Positions 26,359 to 35,984 of a DNA stretch of 39,645 bases are shown in pieces. The notes under the pieces are model-generated. The model saw nothing but the letters and a program-made list of their open reading frames with translations. It was not told the DNA's origin and ran no database searches. The first letter of the stretch is position 1; each line of letters begins with the position of its first letter. A program made the position numbers and the translations under genes. Origin of the DNA: an uncultured archaeon (lineage in GTDB: Archaea; Aenigmatarchaeota; Aenigmatarchaeia; QMZP01); assembly GCA_964475515.1 (NCBI GenBank), contig CAYYWW010000001.1, positions 12,611 through 52,255 of the forward strand, written 5' to 3'.

Positions 26359-26486
26359 AATTATCAACTTGAATAATTTCAATAAATATTTCTTTATTTC
26401 ACTAGTAAACACAATAAGCATACCCAAACCTTTAAATACTTGCAACACAATTATCCAATAACAACAAAAACAACGGAGGGTTAAAA

Positions 26487-26714
26487 ATGGTAGAATTCAA
26501 AATACTGAAAGCCGAGGAAATAAAATTTGGAAAAAACAATTTCCTTGAAATAGCAAGAAAAAAAGCAATAACCGACGAAGGCGAAAACGAATTTATTTCT
26601 ATATCCAGAGGGTTTTACTTACCTGATGGAACAAAGAGATTCAAGAGATCTATTGCAATACCAATAGACAAGGAAATTAAAGAAGCTATTGCTAAGAAAA
26701 TAAAGGAAATGTGA
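26487..26714 (+). CDS. small conserved-looking protein (75 aa), possibly PC4/YdbC-like
   Basis: GGAGGG Shine-Dalgarno motif 8 nt upstream. The pattern FGKNNFLEI...FISISRGFYLPDG..RFKRSIAIP weakly resembles the PC4-fold family. Product call is tentative. Confidence 0.35.
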   Translation: MVEFKILKAEEIKFGKNNFLEIARKKAITDEGENEFISISRGFYLPDGTKRFKRSIAIPIDKEIKEAIAKKIKEM

Positions 26715-26741
26715 GTTATGTGTTTTTCTAAATGCATAACT
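26714..26741 (+). terminator. hairpin AGTTATG-N14-CATAACT followed by a T-rich tract
   Basis: 7-bp inverted repeat starting at the stop codon of the 75-aa ORF. The downstream T/C-rich run (26750-26790) fits the archaeal oligo-T terminator style. Confidence 0.3.
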
Positions 26742-26805
26742 TAACAAAACATTTCCTTCTTCTCTTTTATTTTGTTTTTATTGTTATTATCTTAATTATT
26801 AAATT

Positions 26806-28482
26806 ATGGCAAACAAAAAAGAGAGTCTTGAGGATTTGATTTTAAAGTATTGCTTGCAAAATGCTGTTTTACATAATGGCAAAGCTAATGCAAACGCTGT
26901 ATTGGGTAAAATAATGTCGGAAAAACCCGAACTAAGAAAGGATGTATTATCGATAAAGAAAAAAATAGAACACGTTGTAAATAGTAGGGTTAATTCAATG
27001 AATATTGACGAACAGAGAAAAATGCTTCAGGAAATGGATCCTACTTTACTGGAGAAAAAAAGTAAGAAGGAAGATTTACCTGAGCTGGAAGGTGCTGTTC
27101 CAGGAAAAGTGGTAACCAGATTTGCACCTGCCCCAAGTGGACCATTAACTATATTCCATTTGATGAGAGCTGCATTTCTAAGTTATTTGTATGCAAAAAA
27201 ATATAAGGGTAAATTTGTTCTCAGACTCGAAGACAGCGACCCTAAAAAAGTGAAGAAAGAATTTTATGATTATATAAAAGAGGATTTAGAAGCAGTGGGG
27301 ATCAAATACGATAAGCTTGTCATAGAATCAAATAACATGCAGAAATATTATGAATATGCTAAAAGATTAATAAAAAATGGTAACGCTTATGTCTGTTTTT
27401 GTCCATCAGAAGTATTTAGAGAGTATAAAAAACAGAAGAAAGATTGCCCATGCAGAAAAAACAGCGTCGAAAGGAACATGAAAGAATGGAAGGATATGAT
27501 TGATGGTAAATACAACGAAGGCGATGCTGTCTTACGACTTAAAACAAGCATGAAAGAAAAAAATCCTGTCTTAAGGGATCCCCCACTTTTCAGGATATGT
27601 AAGGAACCACATCCACTCCAGGGAAGAAAATACAATGTTTGGCCGCTCTACAACTATGCCTGCGCATTAGAAGATCATTTCATAGGAATAACACATGTCT
27701 TCAGGGCAAAAGAACATGAACACAACACAGCTGTTCAGAAAAAAATATATGAAGTATTCGGATGGGAAGAACCCGTCTTTATAAATTTCGGAATGGTTTA
27801 CTTCCCCGGTGAAAAGTTACACACACGAGACATAAAGGAAGGTATCAAAAAAGGCATTTACTCTGGATGGGATGATGTCAGACTTCCGACAGTGAGGGCA
27901 TTTCTTAGGCGTGGCTTTCATCCAAAAACATTTGAAGAAATGGCAAAAAAGTGTGGTCTATCAAAAACAGACATCCATTTGGACTGGGAAAACCTTTATG
28001 GGATAAATAGAAAAATAATAGATCCTATTGCAAACAGGTACATGGTGGTTGTAAATCCTGTAAAAATTACTATAGGCAATCTTGATAAAAAGGAAATTAA
28101 ACTACAACTCCATCCTGATTTCCCAGAAAGGGGTGAGAGAACAATTCCAATAGATTTCAAAGAAATATACGTCTCTAAAGATGATTTTGAAAAGTTCAAA
28201 AATAAAAAAATAAGGATCATAGGGATTGGTAACGTTGTTTTAAATGAGGAGTGTGAATTCCTTGGTGATGAGCTTAAACATGATATACAGAAAATACAGT
28301 TTGTTAGTAAACCAAATATCAAAGTAGAAATCCTGAAACCAGATGGTGTATTGCATGGTCTTGGGGAACCTTCAATGAAAAATTTGAAGGTTGGGGATAT
28401 TATACAAATGAATCGAATAGGATTCGGTAGAATTGACAAAAAGGAGAAAAATAAGATAGTGGTGGCGTTTGCGCATAAATAG
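26806..28482 (+). CDS. gltX: glutamyl-tRNA synthetase, archaeal type
   Basis: RFAPAPSGPL..., LRLEDSDP, AYVCFCP, RDPPLFRI, ITHVFRAKEH..NT, GWDDVRLPTVRAFLRRG. The HIGH position reads TIFH (see findings). Confidence 0.9.
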   Translation: MANKKESLEDLILKYCLQNAVLHNGKANANAVLGKIMSEKPELRKDVLSIKKKIEHVVNSRVNSMNIDEQRKMLQEMDPTLLEKKSKKEDLPELEGAVPGKVVTRFAPAPSGPLTIFHLMRAAFLSYLYAKKYKGKFVLRLEDSDPKKVKKEFYDYIKEDLEAVGIKYDKLVIESNNMQKYYEYAKRLIKNGNAYVCFCPSEVFREYKKQKKDCPCRKNSVERNMKEWKDMIDGKYNEGDAVLRLKTSMKEKNPVLRDPPLFRICKEPHPLQGRKYNVWPLYNYACALEDHFIGITHVFRAKEHEHNTAVQKKIYEVFGWEEPVFINFGMVYFPGEKLHTRDIKEGIKKGIYSGWDDVRLPTVRAFLRRGFHPKTFEEMAKKCGLSKTDIHLDWENLYGINRKIIDPIANRYMVVVNPVKITIGNLDKKEIKLQLHPDFPERGERTIPIDFKEIYVSKDDFEKFKNKKIRIIGIGNVVLNEECEFLGDELKHDIQKIQFVSKPNIKVEILKPDGVLHGLGEPSMKNLKVGDIIQMNRIGFGRIDKKEKNKIVVAFAHK

Positions 28483-28499
28483 TTTCTAACTGTGATTGA

Positions 28500-30566
28500 T
28501 TACAATTCAATAAACCCAAGGCTACTTAGGGCTTCTTTTATGAAATCTGAAAAAATTGCACTTGCTGTAACAACTATCATGAAATGTAAAACAAGACCAA
28601 CAAACAACATCTTACTTGCTAAATACCATTGACTGGTTTTACTCTCACCCTCACTTATCTTTGTTGTGAATATGGCAAGTATTATAAGCACTTCTATGAG
28701 ATAAACTCCTATAATTAACTGGAAGAGTTCCGGAGACATGCAAGATTCCACGCTGCCGAAGGCCAACGAGAAGTTTCCCAAACCAAATTCATCAATCCCC
28801 AGAGCATCTACATATTCACCTAGTTTAGACAAAACGACTATTATTATGTCAGCCATAGAAACAACAAGACCCGTCACCATTGGTGTCAAAAGATACGCCT
28901 GGAATTTCATTGTAGAAAGGGTATCTTCAAGCAAATCTCTCATGTATTCCTGGGTCTCTTTTATGTTTTTGAGATATCTTGCAATCCTAAACATAGTTTC
29001 TGAGGCGTATCCAACCCCTTTCCGTGCTGTGTCTACAATTGCATGCATTATATTTTTTATTAGTTCTGATCTGAAGTAATTCAGAGCACCATATTTTCTG
29101 TCAAAAAACGCTGCTTCGAATGTCATTCCAAGTGATTTCATATTTCTTAACGTCATTCTAAACAAATTTGCTATCTTCAGGTCTTTTACATCATCTATAC
29201 ATTTCTCAATGGCAACCTCAGGCGGAACTCCAGAGGACATTCTGTTACCTAGTTGGAACAATGCAAGTTCAAAATCACTTTCTATACTCCTTATTTCATC
29301 TTGTATCCTTTTTCTTTGGAAGGTTGAAAGATAGAAATACGTTGCCAAAGACAAACCAATACCTAAAATTATAAGTCCTGCCATGGCCAGTGGGAATATC
29401 TCAATTTTCCTTCCAACCATTCCTGCCATCAGCATCTCTGGGTTTTCGAGGAAAAATATGAAAGGGTATGAAGTCAATGCAATTAAGACTATCAATGCAA
29501 AAAATACAGCTGGAACTGATTTGCCTTTTATAAGAACATGGTTTTTCTTCGGAAGGCCTGGATGCCCGGTTAATTTTGTTTCTGAAAACGTTATCGGCCT
29601 CTTTCTTAGTGTGTTATTTATCAGCCACAGTATCAGGACAGGTAAAACAATATCATAACCTATTATGAAATGCTCAGGTCTTGCTATGTCTGCCATGAAA
29701 ATTGCTACTAACGGTGCCATTATAGAACCGAGGATAGGTAAAACAATACCCATCATGTGTATAATCATTATTGGCAATTTCAAATCTTGAACATAATGTT
29801 TCATCCTTGTTTTCGAGCCGTCCAGAACCACATTTAAAGCTTCATCCAGTATCACATTGGTCTTGTCAGGTGTCTGTGTGGTTGAATCCCTTATAAGGCG
29901 CAGCGCCTCAGCAAACTCTTCATTTTCAGATTTCCATTTTGATATATAGTCATCTATAGCGTCCCATGCTGAGTAGTATTTTCCCATTTCCATATCCCAT
30001 ATTAATCTCCTCATGTCCCATGCAAGTGGTCCTGAAATATTAGCAGCTGCAAAACGCAAAGCCCTTTCCAAGTTCTGACTTATTCTCATAGAAACGACCA
30101 TATACAGAATAGCGAGTATAACTTCAGAGCTTGCCTTTATTCTCATTTCTTTGAGCAGATTTGCGGGGTACCTATAGAAAAAATAACCAACGGGAAGGCC
30201 CAGTGATGCCATAACCAACGCCCCAACAGCTGGGATAGCTCCAGATAAAAATAATGCAATGGCTAAAGAAACAAAGAAAGTTATTGTTAAAATAAATAAA
30301 GACATGACATCTTCTGGTTTGACTCTTAACTCGGTAAATTTAACAGCGCTTTCTATTTCCTTTTTCATATCCTCTGGTGGGCTTACTTTCAATATTTTAC
30401 CAGAGAATCTCGTCAGTTTTTCATACCAACTAAGCTTTCTCATTTCTCTTCTTCTAAATATCTTGTACTCTCTAGAAGTCAGGTATCTCATTTGACCAGG
30501 TGGTATGAAAACCCTTCTTTTGGGCCTGACATCTTTTGGGCGCTTTTTTCTTTTAAAAAAAGACAT
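28500..30566 (-). CDS. large polytopic membrane protein with two T2SSF-like (FlaJ/TadC-like) modules
   Basis: 688 aa with a basic N-terminus. Two helical cytoplasmic modules, each followed by TM clusters: ...ILAILYMVVSMRISQNLERALRFAA...EALRLI... and ...FELALFQLGNRMSSGVPPEVAIEKC...IVDTARKGVG.... The module order resembles platform proteins. Assignment by pattern only. Confidence 0.45.
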   Translation of the reverse strand: MSFFKRKKRPKDVRPKRRVFIPPGQMRYLTSREYKIFRRREMRKLSWYEKLTRFSGKILKVSPPEDMKKEIESAVKFTELRVKPEDVMSLFILTITFFVSLAIALFLSGAIPAVGALVMASLGLPVGYFFYRYPANLLKEMRIKASSEVILAILYMVVSMRISQNLERALRFAAANISGPLAWDMRRLIWDMEMGKYYSAWDAIDDYISKWKSENEEFAEALRLIRDSTTQTPDKTNVILDEALNVVLDGSKTRMKHYVQDLKLPIMIIHMMGIVLPILGSIMAPLVAIFMADIARPEHFIIGYDIVLPVLILWLINNTLRKRPITFSETKLTGHPGLPKKNHVLIKGKSVPAVFFALIVLIALTSYPFIFFLENPEMLMAGMVGRKIEIFPLAMAGLIILGIGLSLATYFYLSTFQRKRIQDEIRSIESDFELALFQLGNRMSSGVPPEVAIEKCIDDVKDLKIANLFRMTLRNMKSLGMTFEAAFFDRKYGALNYFRSELIKNIMHAIVDTARKGVGYASETMFRIARYLKNIKETQEYMRDLLEDTLSTMKFQAYLLTPMVTGLVVSMADIIIVVLSKLGEYVDALGIDEFGLGNFSLAFGSVESCMSPELFQLIIGVYLIEVLIILAIFTTKISEGESKTSQWYLASKMLFVGLVLHFMIVVTASAIFSDFIKEALSSLGFIEL

Positions 30567-30580
30567 GTTTTATATTTGGA

Positions 30581-31423
30581 TTGTCTCCAATATTAAATAT
30601 GCTGGGTTGGGTCTTGCTTTTCATAGGAATTGTTGGATTTGGATACGCTGCATATTCGGATCTAAAAACAACAGAGTTCTCTGATTTACTACCTTATTCT
30701 ATAATAGCATCCGCCGTTGCTGTGAGAGCTTTGTTTTCTGTTCTAACAAATAGCTATACTCCGCTCCTAAACTCTATAATAATTGGTTTGCTTTTTTTAG
30801 GTTTTGGTATGGTTCTGTATTTATTAAAACAATGGGGAGATGGTGACGCCTGGCTTTTGGGTGCTCTTGGTTTTTTGTTTCCAGATGCATCAGGCTTTAC
30901 ATACAGCTCGCCTATTCCTTTCTATTTAGGACTTCTCCTTAATTTTTTCTTTATATCATTTTTTTATTTGGCAATTTATTCCGTTGTTTTGGGATTTAAA
31001 GAGAAAGTGGGAAGAAAATTTATAAGGGAATTTAGAGGAGAACTGAAGTCCTTTGTAAAAATTCTTATTGTTTTATCGGTTATAACTGGATTTATTTCAC
31101 TTTATTTAATTTTCAAAATAGGAATAGAACCATTAAAAGTTTATCCAATTATAATTTCACCGCTGTTGCTTATGTCTCTAAGTCTGTTTGTTTACTATGG
31201 TAAGTTTTTAGAAAAAGCAGTTTTCAGAAAGAAAATACATGTGAGTAAACTTAGAGAAGGGGATGTCCCTGTCGATAACAGGTGGAAAGTGCTCTCGAAG
31301 GAAGAAGTTACGAAGCTAAAAGAAAGGGGTGGCCACATCTGGATAAAGGAGGGTGTGAGATTCGCACCAGTATTCTTAATAACACTATTAGTAACCTTGT
31401 TTTATGGTGTTTTGTTTTTATAG
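30581..31423 (+). CDS. prepilin/preflagellin peptidase (A24 family, PibD/FlaK-like)
   Basis: First Asp region AAYSDLKTTEFSD and second Asp motif WGDGDAWLLGALG. Multi-TM. TTG start at 30581 or ATG at 30599. Confidence 0.7.
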   Translation: MSPILNMLGWVLLFIGIVGFGYAAYSDLKTTEFSDLLPYSIIASAVAVRALFSVLTNSYTPLLNSIIIGLLFLGFGMVLYLLKQWGDGDAWLLGALGFLFPDASGFTYSSPIPFYLGLLLNFFFISFFYLAIYSVVLGFKEKVGRKFIREFRGELKSFVKILIVLSVITGFISLYLIFKIGIEPLKVYPIIISPLLLMSLSLFVYYGKFLEKAVFRKKIHVSKLREGDVPVDNRWKVLSKEEVTKLKERGGHIWIKEGVRFAPVFLITLLVTLFYGVLFL

Positions 31424-31478
31424 TATACTCTATTTGTCTTAAAATAAAAAAGAAAAAATAAAAAATTGAAAGCTGGCC

Positions 31479-31778
31479 TTAAATCTTCTTTACTCTCTCA
31501 ACGCCAACTTTCTTTACAATTGGTTTTTTGACCTTCGCTGGAAGCCAAGAAGGTCTGTTAGCAGGCGCACTAACCACTTTTGTAGATCCTTTGAAGATGT
31601 GTATTGTGTATGTTCCATCTTTGTTTCTTCTTCCTCTTTCTCTCAATCTGATGTCTTTTATTCCCCTAGTTGCCGCTTTTAGTGCAGCCTGTCTTGGCGA
31701 TCTTCCAGTGAAGATCGAAATTTTGTTTCCTCTTTTCAAAACGTAGTACTTTTTAGCTTTGGCTTTTTTTCTTGCCAT
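31479..31778 (-). CDS. chromosomal protein MC1
   Basis: FTGRSPRQAALKAATRG, IRLRERG, HIFKG, APANRPSWLPAKVKKPIVKK closely parallel the Methanosarcina MC1 sequence (FTGKQPRQAALKAANRG...IRLRERG...APKNRPAWMP..ISKPFVKK). Confidence 0.8.
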   Translation of the reverse strand: MARKKAKAKKYYVLKRGNKISIFTGRSPRQAALKAATRGIKDIRLRERGRRNKDGTYTIHIFKGSTKVVSAPANRPSWLPAKVKKPIVKKVGVERVKKI

Positions 31779-31881
31779 TTATTTCACCTTTATATTTGAT
31801 TTATAGCGGCCTTATTTATAAAGCTTTCGGTTTAATATATTGCGATTTACAAATATATAGCCAAACAGGGAAATAAATAAT

Positions 31882-33420
31882 ATGTTCCTTAAAGCACTTG
31901 AGCTTCATCTTGAGGCAGAGAAACCAATAGTAATACTCAACAAATCAGACGCAGAAGAGCTTGATGTGAGGCCTTTGGATAGAGTTGAAATAGTTTTCAA
32001 AAATAAAAAGTTGGTGGGCACTGTAAATATAGCGAAAAAATTTGTCAAGCCTGGTTATATAGGTCTATATGAAACCATATCGAAGCAAATGAGACTGAAA
32101 ACAGGTGACAGAGTGAAAGTATCAAGAACGGAACCGCCAACATCTATCGAATTTATAAAGAAAAAACTTAACGGCTCCCAACTTACAGGAAAAGAGATAA
32201 ATCAGATAATAAAGGATGTTGTGAGCAAAAAACTTTCTGATGTAGAACTTACAACATTTGTTGTCAGCTTGCATAATCATGGAATGACCATGGATGAGGT
32301 TGCTTCTCTTTCAGAAGCAATGGCGTTTACTGGTGATATACTAGATTTAGGTAAAGAGGAAATATATGATAAACATTCTATAGGTGGTTGTCCTGGTGAT
32401 AAAACGAGTATGATACTTGTTCCAACGGTTGCTGCAGCAGGTCTCACAATACCTAAAACATCGAGTAGAAGTATAACATCGCCTGCTGGCACTGCGGATA
32501 AAATGGAGTGTTTGTCTCCTGTTGACCTTAGTGTTGAAGAAATAAAAAAAGTAGTTAAAAAAACGAACGGTTGTCTTGTTTGGGGCGGTGCTGTAAATTT
32601 AGCGCCAGCTGACGACATGTTTATAGAAATTGAACATCCATTATCAATTGATCCTTTATTACTTCCGTCAGTGATGTCAAAGAAAAAAGCTGTTGGATGT
32701 AAATATCTGGTAATAGATATACCAACTGGTAAGAATGCTAAAATAAAAAGTGTTCAAGAAGCTGAAAAACTTGCATCGAAATTTATAGAGCTTGGGAAAA
32801 GACTCGATATTAAGGTGTCATGTTTGTCAACCTATGGTGAACAACCTATAGGTCATAATATAGGCCCTGCATTGGAAGCTAGAGAAGCGCTAGAAACATT
32901 AATGAATAAAAAGAACCCTAAGGACCTTTTAGATAAAGTCTGTGATCTTGTAGGCAACTTGTTTAGATTTCGTGGGATAAAAGAGCCTGAAAAGAAAGCG
33001 TTTCAAATAATAAAGTCGGGAAAGGCCGAAAAGAAATTTAGAGAAATTATAGAGGCCCAGGGCGGTAACAGAAAGGTAAAACCAGAGGACATCCCGGTTG
33101 GCGATAAAAAAGTTAAAATACATTCAGCTAGAGGTGGATTTGTCTTATGGATAAACAACAGTGATATAATTAAACTGGCAAGAACTGCCGGCGCACCCAA
33201 AGATAAAGGTGCTGGTATTGTAATACACAAAAAGATAGGTGACAAAGTTAAAAAAGGTGATATTCTCTTTGAAATATACGCTGAAAAAGCATACAAGTTG
33301 AACCGTGCACTTAAACTTGCAGAAGAGATGGATGTATATGGAATAGGAAAAAAATATGAGATGATGCTTGCAAAAATACCAAAGGAAAAAAACAATTCTT
33401 ATTTTGTATTGGAAAGGTAA
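31882..33420 (+). CDS. deoA: AMP phosphorylase (archaeal thymidine-phosphorylase-family DeoA)
   Basis: Archaeal-specific N-terminal domain (ILNKSDAEELDVRPLDRVEI). DKHSIGGCPGDKTS, SSRSITSPAGTADKME, WGGAVNLAPADD. 512 aa. Confidence 0.85.
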   Translation: MFLKALELHLEAEKPIVILNKSDAEELDVRPLDRVEIVFKNKKLVGTVNIAKKFVKPGYIGLYETISKQMRLKTGDRVKVSRTEPPTSIEFIKKKLNGSQLTGKEINQIIKDVVSKKLSDVELTTFVVSLHNHGMTMDEVASLSEAMAFTGDILDLGKEEIYDKHSIGGCPGDKTSMILVPTVAAAGLTIPKTSSRSITSPAGTADKMECLSPVDLSVEEIKKVVKKTNGCLVWGGAVNLAPADDMFIEIEHPLSIDPLLLPSVMSKKKAVGCKYLVIDIPTGKNAKIKSVQEAEKLASKFIELGKRLDIKVSCLSTYGEQPIGHNIGPALEAREALETLMNKKNPKDLLDKVCDLVGNLFRFRGIKEPEKKAFQIIKSGKAEKKFREIIEAQGGNRKVKPEDIPVGDKKVKIHSARGGFVLWINNSDIIKLARTAGAPKDKGAGIVIHKKIGDKVKKGDILFEIYAEKAYKLNRALKLAEEMDVYGIGKKYEMMLAKIPKEKNNSYFVLER

Positions 33421-33423
33421 CAT

Positions 33424-35307
33424 TCAGCCTATAAACACAGGCCTCTTGGAGATCAATCGTGGCAGAGTTAATGGTCTAAACGGCTTTCCCTTTGTTTCTT
33501 CTTTAATTATATTAATTAGTTTATCAACGCTCATATTCTCAACCTTTCCAGTTTTCCTAAACCTAACTGCTAATTTTCCTGCCTTTTTTTCCTTTTCACC
33601 AACCACCACTATTATTGGAACCCATTCTATTTCTGCATCTCTTATCTTTTTACCAACTGATTCTACTCTATCGTCTACATCCACCCTTATCATTTCTGCT
33701 TCTAACTTATCTGCTATTTCTTCAGATAATTGTAAGAATTTATCAGATACTGGACATATTCTTACCTGCGTAGGTGAAAGCCATAGTGGAAATGTGGGGT
33801 TTTTTCCTTCTTTATGATCCATATATGCCTTTTCCAACAATGCATACATAACCCTTTCTATCGAACCGGACGGTGACAAGTGAAGAATCAATGGGTATTT
33901 CTTTTTGTTGTCTTTATCAGTAAATTGTATGCCGTACCTCTTTGCATTTTCAACATCTATTTGATCTGTTGCCAAACATGCGGCTTTGCCCAATGCATCG
34001 ATGAAGTTCCACTCTAATTTTAAAACAAAATAGAAAAATCTTTCACTCCACATTTCGAGCAAGGCTGGCTTACCCCATCTTTTTACTAAATTGAAGATGT
34101 AATTTTTGTTTTTTTCAAAGAAATCCTTCACAACTCTAATAGAAAATCCAATATCTCTTTTGAGGTCTATACCCAACCCGCCTTGGATCTCATTCGCCAA
34201 ATTGAATCTACGGAGCATCTCCTCCTTTGCTTGGTCAAAATCTTTACAGAGCGCATGACAATCAGGCATGGTGAATGTTCTCAGCCGCCTAAGTCCTGCA
34301 AGCTCGCCTCTCTGCTCTACTCTAAAACTATAATGAGTGAGTTCATAAACTCTAAGAGGTAGGTTACGGTATGAAATACTTGTATCTTTCAAAAGTAGAA
34401 ATTGTCCAAAACATGCTGCAAAACGTAAAAACACTCTCTTGTTCGGAGTCTCTATTGAGTATTGTCTTGCTGGGAATCTGTTTAAATAACTCTTTAGGCA
34501 GGGGTGTTCATAGTCATACATTATTGGGGTTTCAACCTGCATGGCACCATATTCCACAGTTTTTTTGGTAACCCAGTCCTCCATCAAAGACTTAATGAGT
34601 TTACCATTTGGAAGAAATCTAAAATTTCCAGGATCACTAGCTTCTTCATAATCAACAAGCTGAAGCTTTCTCATTAGTTTTATGTGTGGCGGCTCTTGTT
34701 TGACGATTCTGTTTTTTGCCATTTCATATAGAGTTAATTTCTCAAGCTCAGGGTACTTTGAGAAGTTAAAACCAACAACCTTTCCATTTTTCATTTCTAT
34801 CTTGTTCATTTTTCCATTAGGTTCTACTATAAACCATTCTGATTTCAACTTTGCCTCTTTTTTCAGAGCCTCGGATATTTCTTTCTTTTCTTTCTCAGTT
34901 GTTATCTCTTTACTGAGTTCTGAAAGAGGATGACCTTTACATTTCAAATCAAAGGCCTTATACCATCCAAAAGGTGCTCTCTGGACAGGAATTTTTTGTT
35001 TCTTTATTTTTTCTTCCATTTTCTTCATGACTTCAATTCCAGTGGATGGTGAAGCCAAATTTGATGAAAGATGAGCATAAGGGTATAAAACAACATTTTT
35101 TGCTTTCACTTCTTTGTAAACATTAATTATTTCTTTTACAGAGTTATCGATTACGTTTCCTTTCTCGTCCCCTTTTTCAACAGCAGTGAAAACTACAAGC
35201 GACTCCTCCACTTTAACCGGTTTTTTTGGAACATCCTCTGCCGATTTTATCGCCTTTTTCTTAGGTTCCCATTCAATGAAATCCGAGTGTATTAACAATA
35301 TTCTCAT
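33424..35307 (-). CDS. thrS: threonyl-tRNA synthetase, archaeal type with N-terminal editing domain
   Basis: MRILLIHSDFIEWEPKKKA is the archaeal DTD-like editing-domain start. Class II core motifs RVEQRGELAGLRRLRTFTMPD and C-terminal anticodon-binding domain (QVRICPVSD...). Confidence 0.9.
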   Translation of the reverse strand: MRILLIHSDFIEWEPKKKAIKSAEDVPKKPVKVEESLVVFTAVEKGDEKGNVIDNSVKEIINVYKEVKAKNVVLYPYAHLSSNLASPSTGIEVMKKMEEKIKKQKIPVQRAPFGWYKAFDLKCKGHPLSELSKEITTEKEKKEISEALKKEAKLKSEWFIVEPNGKMNKIEMKNGKVVGFNFSKYPELEKLTLYEMAKNRIVKQEPPHIKLMRKLQLVDYEEASDPGNFRFLPNGKLIKSLMEDWVTKKTVEYGAMQVETPIMYDYEHPCLKSYLNRFPARQYSIETPNKRVFLRFAACFGQFLLLKDTSISYRNLPLRVYELTHYSFRVEQRGELAGLRRLRTFTMPDCHALCKDFDQAKEEMLRRFNLANEIQGGLGIDLKRDIGFSIRVVKDFFEKNKNYIFNLVKRWGKPALLEMWSERFFYFVLKLEWNFIDALGKAACLATDQIDVENAKRYGIQFTDKDNKKKYPLILHLSPSGSIERVMYALLEKAYMDHKEGKNPTFPLWLSPTQVRICPVSDKFLQLSEEIADKLEAEMIRVDVDDRVESVGKKIRDAEIEWVPIIVVVGEKEKKAGKLAVRFRKTGKVENMSVDKLINIIKEETKGKPFRPLTLPRLISKRPVFIG

Positions 35308-35504
35308 AACTCACCACCCAACCTTAAAATATTGTTAAATATTGAATAAATATTGCTTATAAAACATTTATGATAGTTTAAATTTAGAGAATTAAGACAA
35401 GGTTCAACGTACTGTCCGACATCCACCCTTCATCTTAACCACTTTATTATTTAAAGGATATTAAATTTATAAACTTATATTTTTATACAACACTTCAATA
35501 ATAT

Positions 35505-35595
35505 AGCCCCGTGGTGTAGTGGTCAAGCATGCGAGGCTCTGGTGGTATAAAGCCGGTGAAACCTCGCGACCGCGGTTCGAATCCGCGCGGGGCTA
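35505..35595 (+). tRNA. tRNA-Gln(CUG) with one canonical (37/38) 18-nt intron
   Basis: AGCCCCG-TG-GTGT-AGTGGTCAA-GCAT-G-CGAGG-CTCTGG[TGGTATAAAGCCGGTGAA]A-CCTCG-CGAC-CGCGG-TTCGAAT-CCGCG-CGGGGCT-A. The A1:U72 pair is typical of archaeal tRNA-Gln. Intron 35543-35560 pairs AGCC with GGCT of the anticodon region. A T6 run follows. Confidence 0.9.
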
Positions 35596-35601
35596 TTTTT
35601 T
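35596..35601 (+). terminator. oligo-T tract directly after tRNA-Gln
   Basis: TTTTTT starts immediately after the discriminator base; archaeal terminators are typically oligo-T. Confidence 0.4.
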
Positions 35602-35687
35602 CTTTAATTAAAATGTTTTGTAATCCTATGGTTTAGAAACTCCACTACTTTGGATTTCATTAACTCAAAAATTAATGGATAGTGGAT

Positions 35688-35984
35688 TTATGACATTAAC
35701 TCTTCGCGATATCTTATTAGCTTCTCTTTATATCTCTCCAAAGCCCTGATGACATCATTGTATTCTTCAGAAAGATCTCCTACAGAAGCTATTTGCTCGT
35801 GGGTTTCATAAATTTTATGCTTTTCGTACATTTCCTTAAATTTTCTTTCAATATTCTCTACTTTTTCAATCTCACCGTCAATAGATGATTTTCCAAGCAG
35901 TCCCTCAACTAATTCAACTAATCTCTCTTCTATGTTTTTTTCTCCACCTTCGCCTGATGTTGAACCTGTGTGAGTATCACTCAT
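35688..35984 (-). CDS. acidic helical hypothetical protein (98 aa)
   Basis: Clean ORF with non-repetitive composition. No recognisable motif. Confidence 0.4.
   Translation of the reverse strand: MSDTHTGSTSGEGGEKNIEERLVELVEGLLGKSSIDGEIEKVENIERKFKEMYEKHKIYETHEQIASVGDLSEEYNDVIRALERYKEKLIRYREELMS

Noticed and set aside
27996-28439. 147-aa minus ORF inside gltX, and the 149-aa + ORF 33368-33817 inside thrS
   Set aside because: Both lie inside strongly supported aaRS genes on the opposite strand, and neither has motifs.
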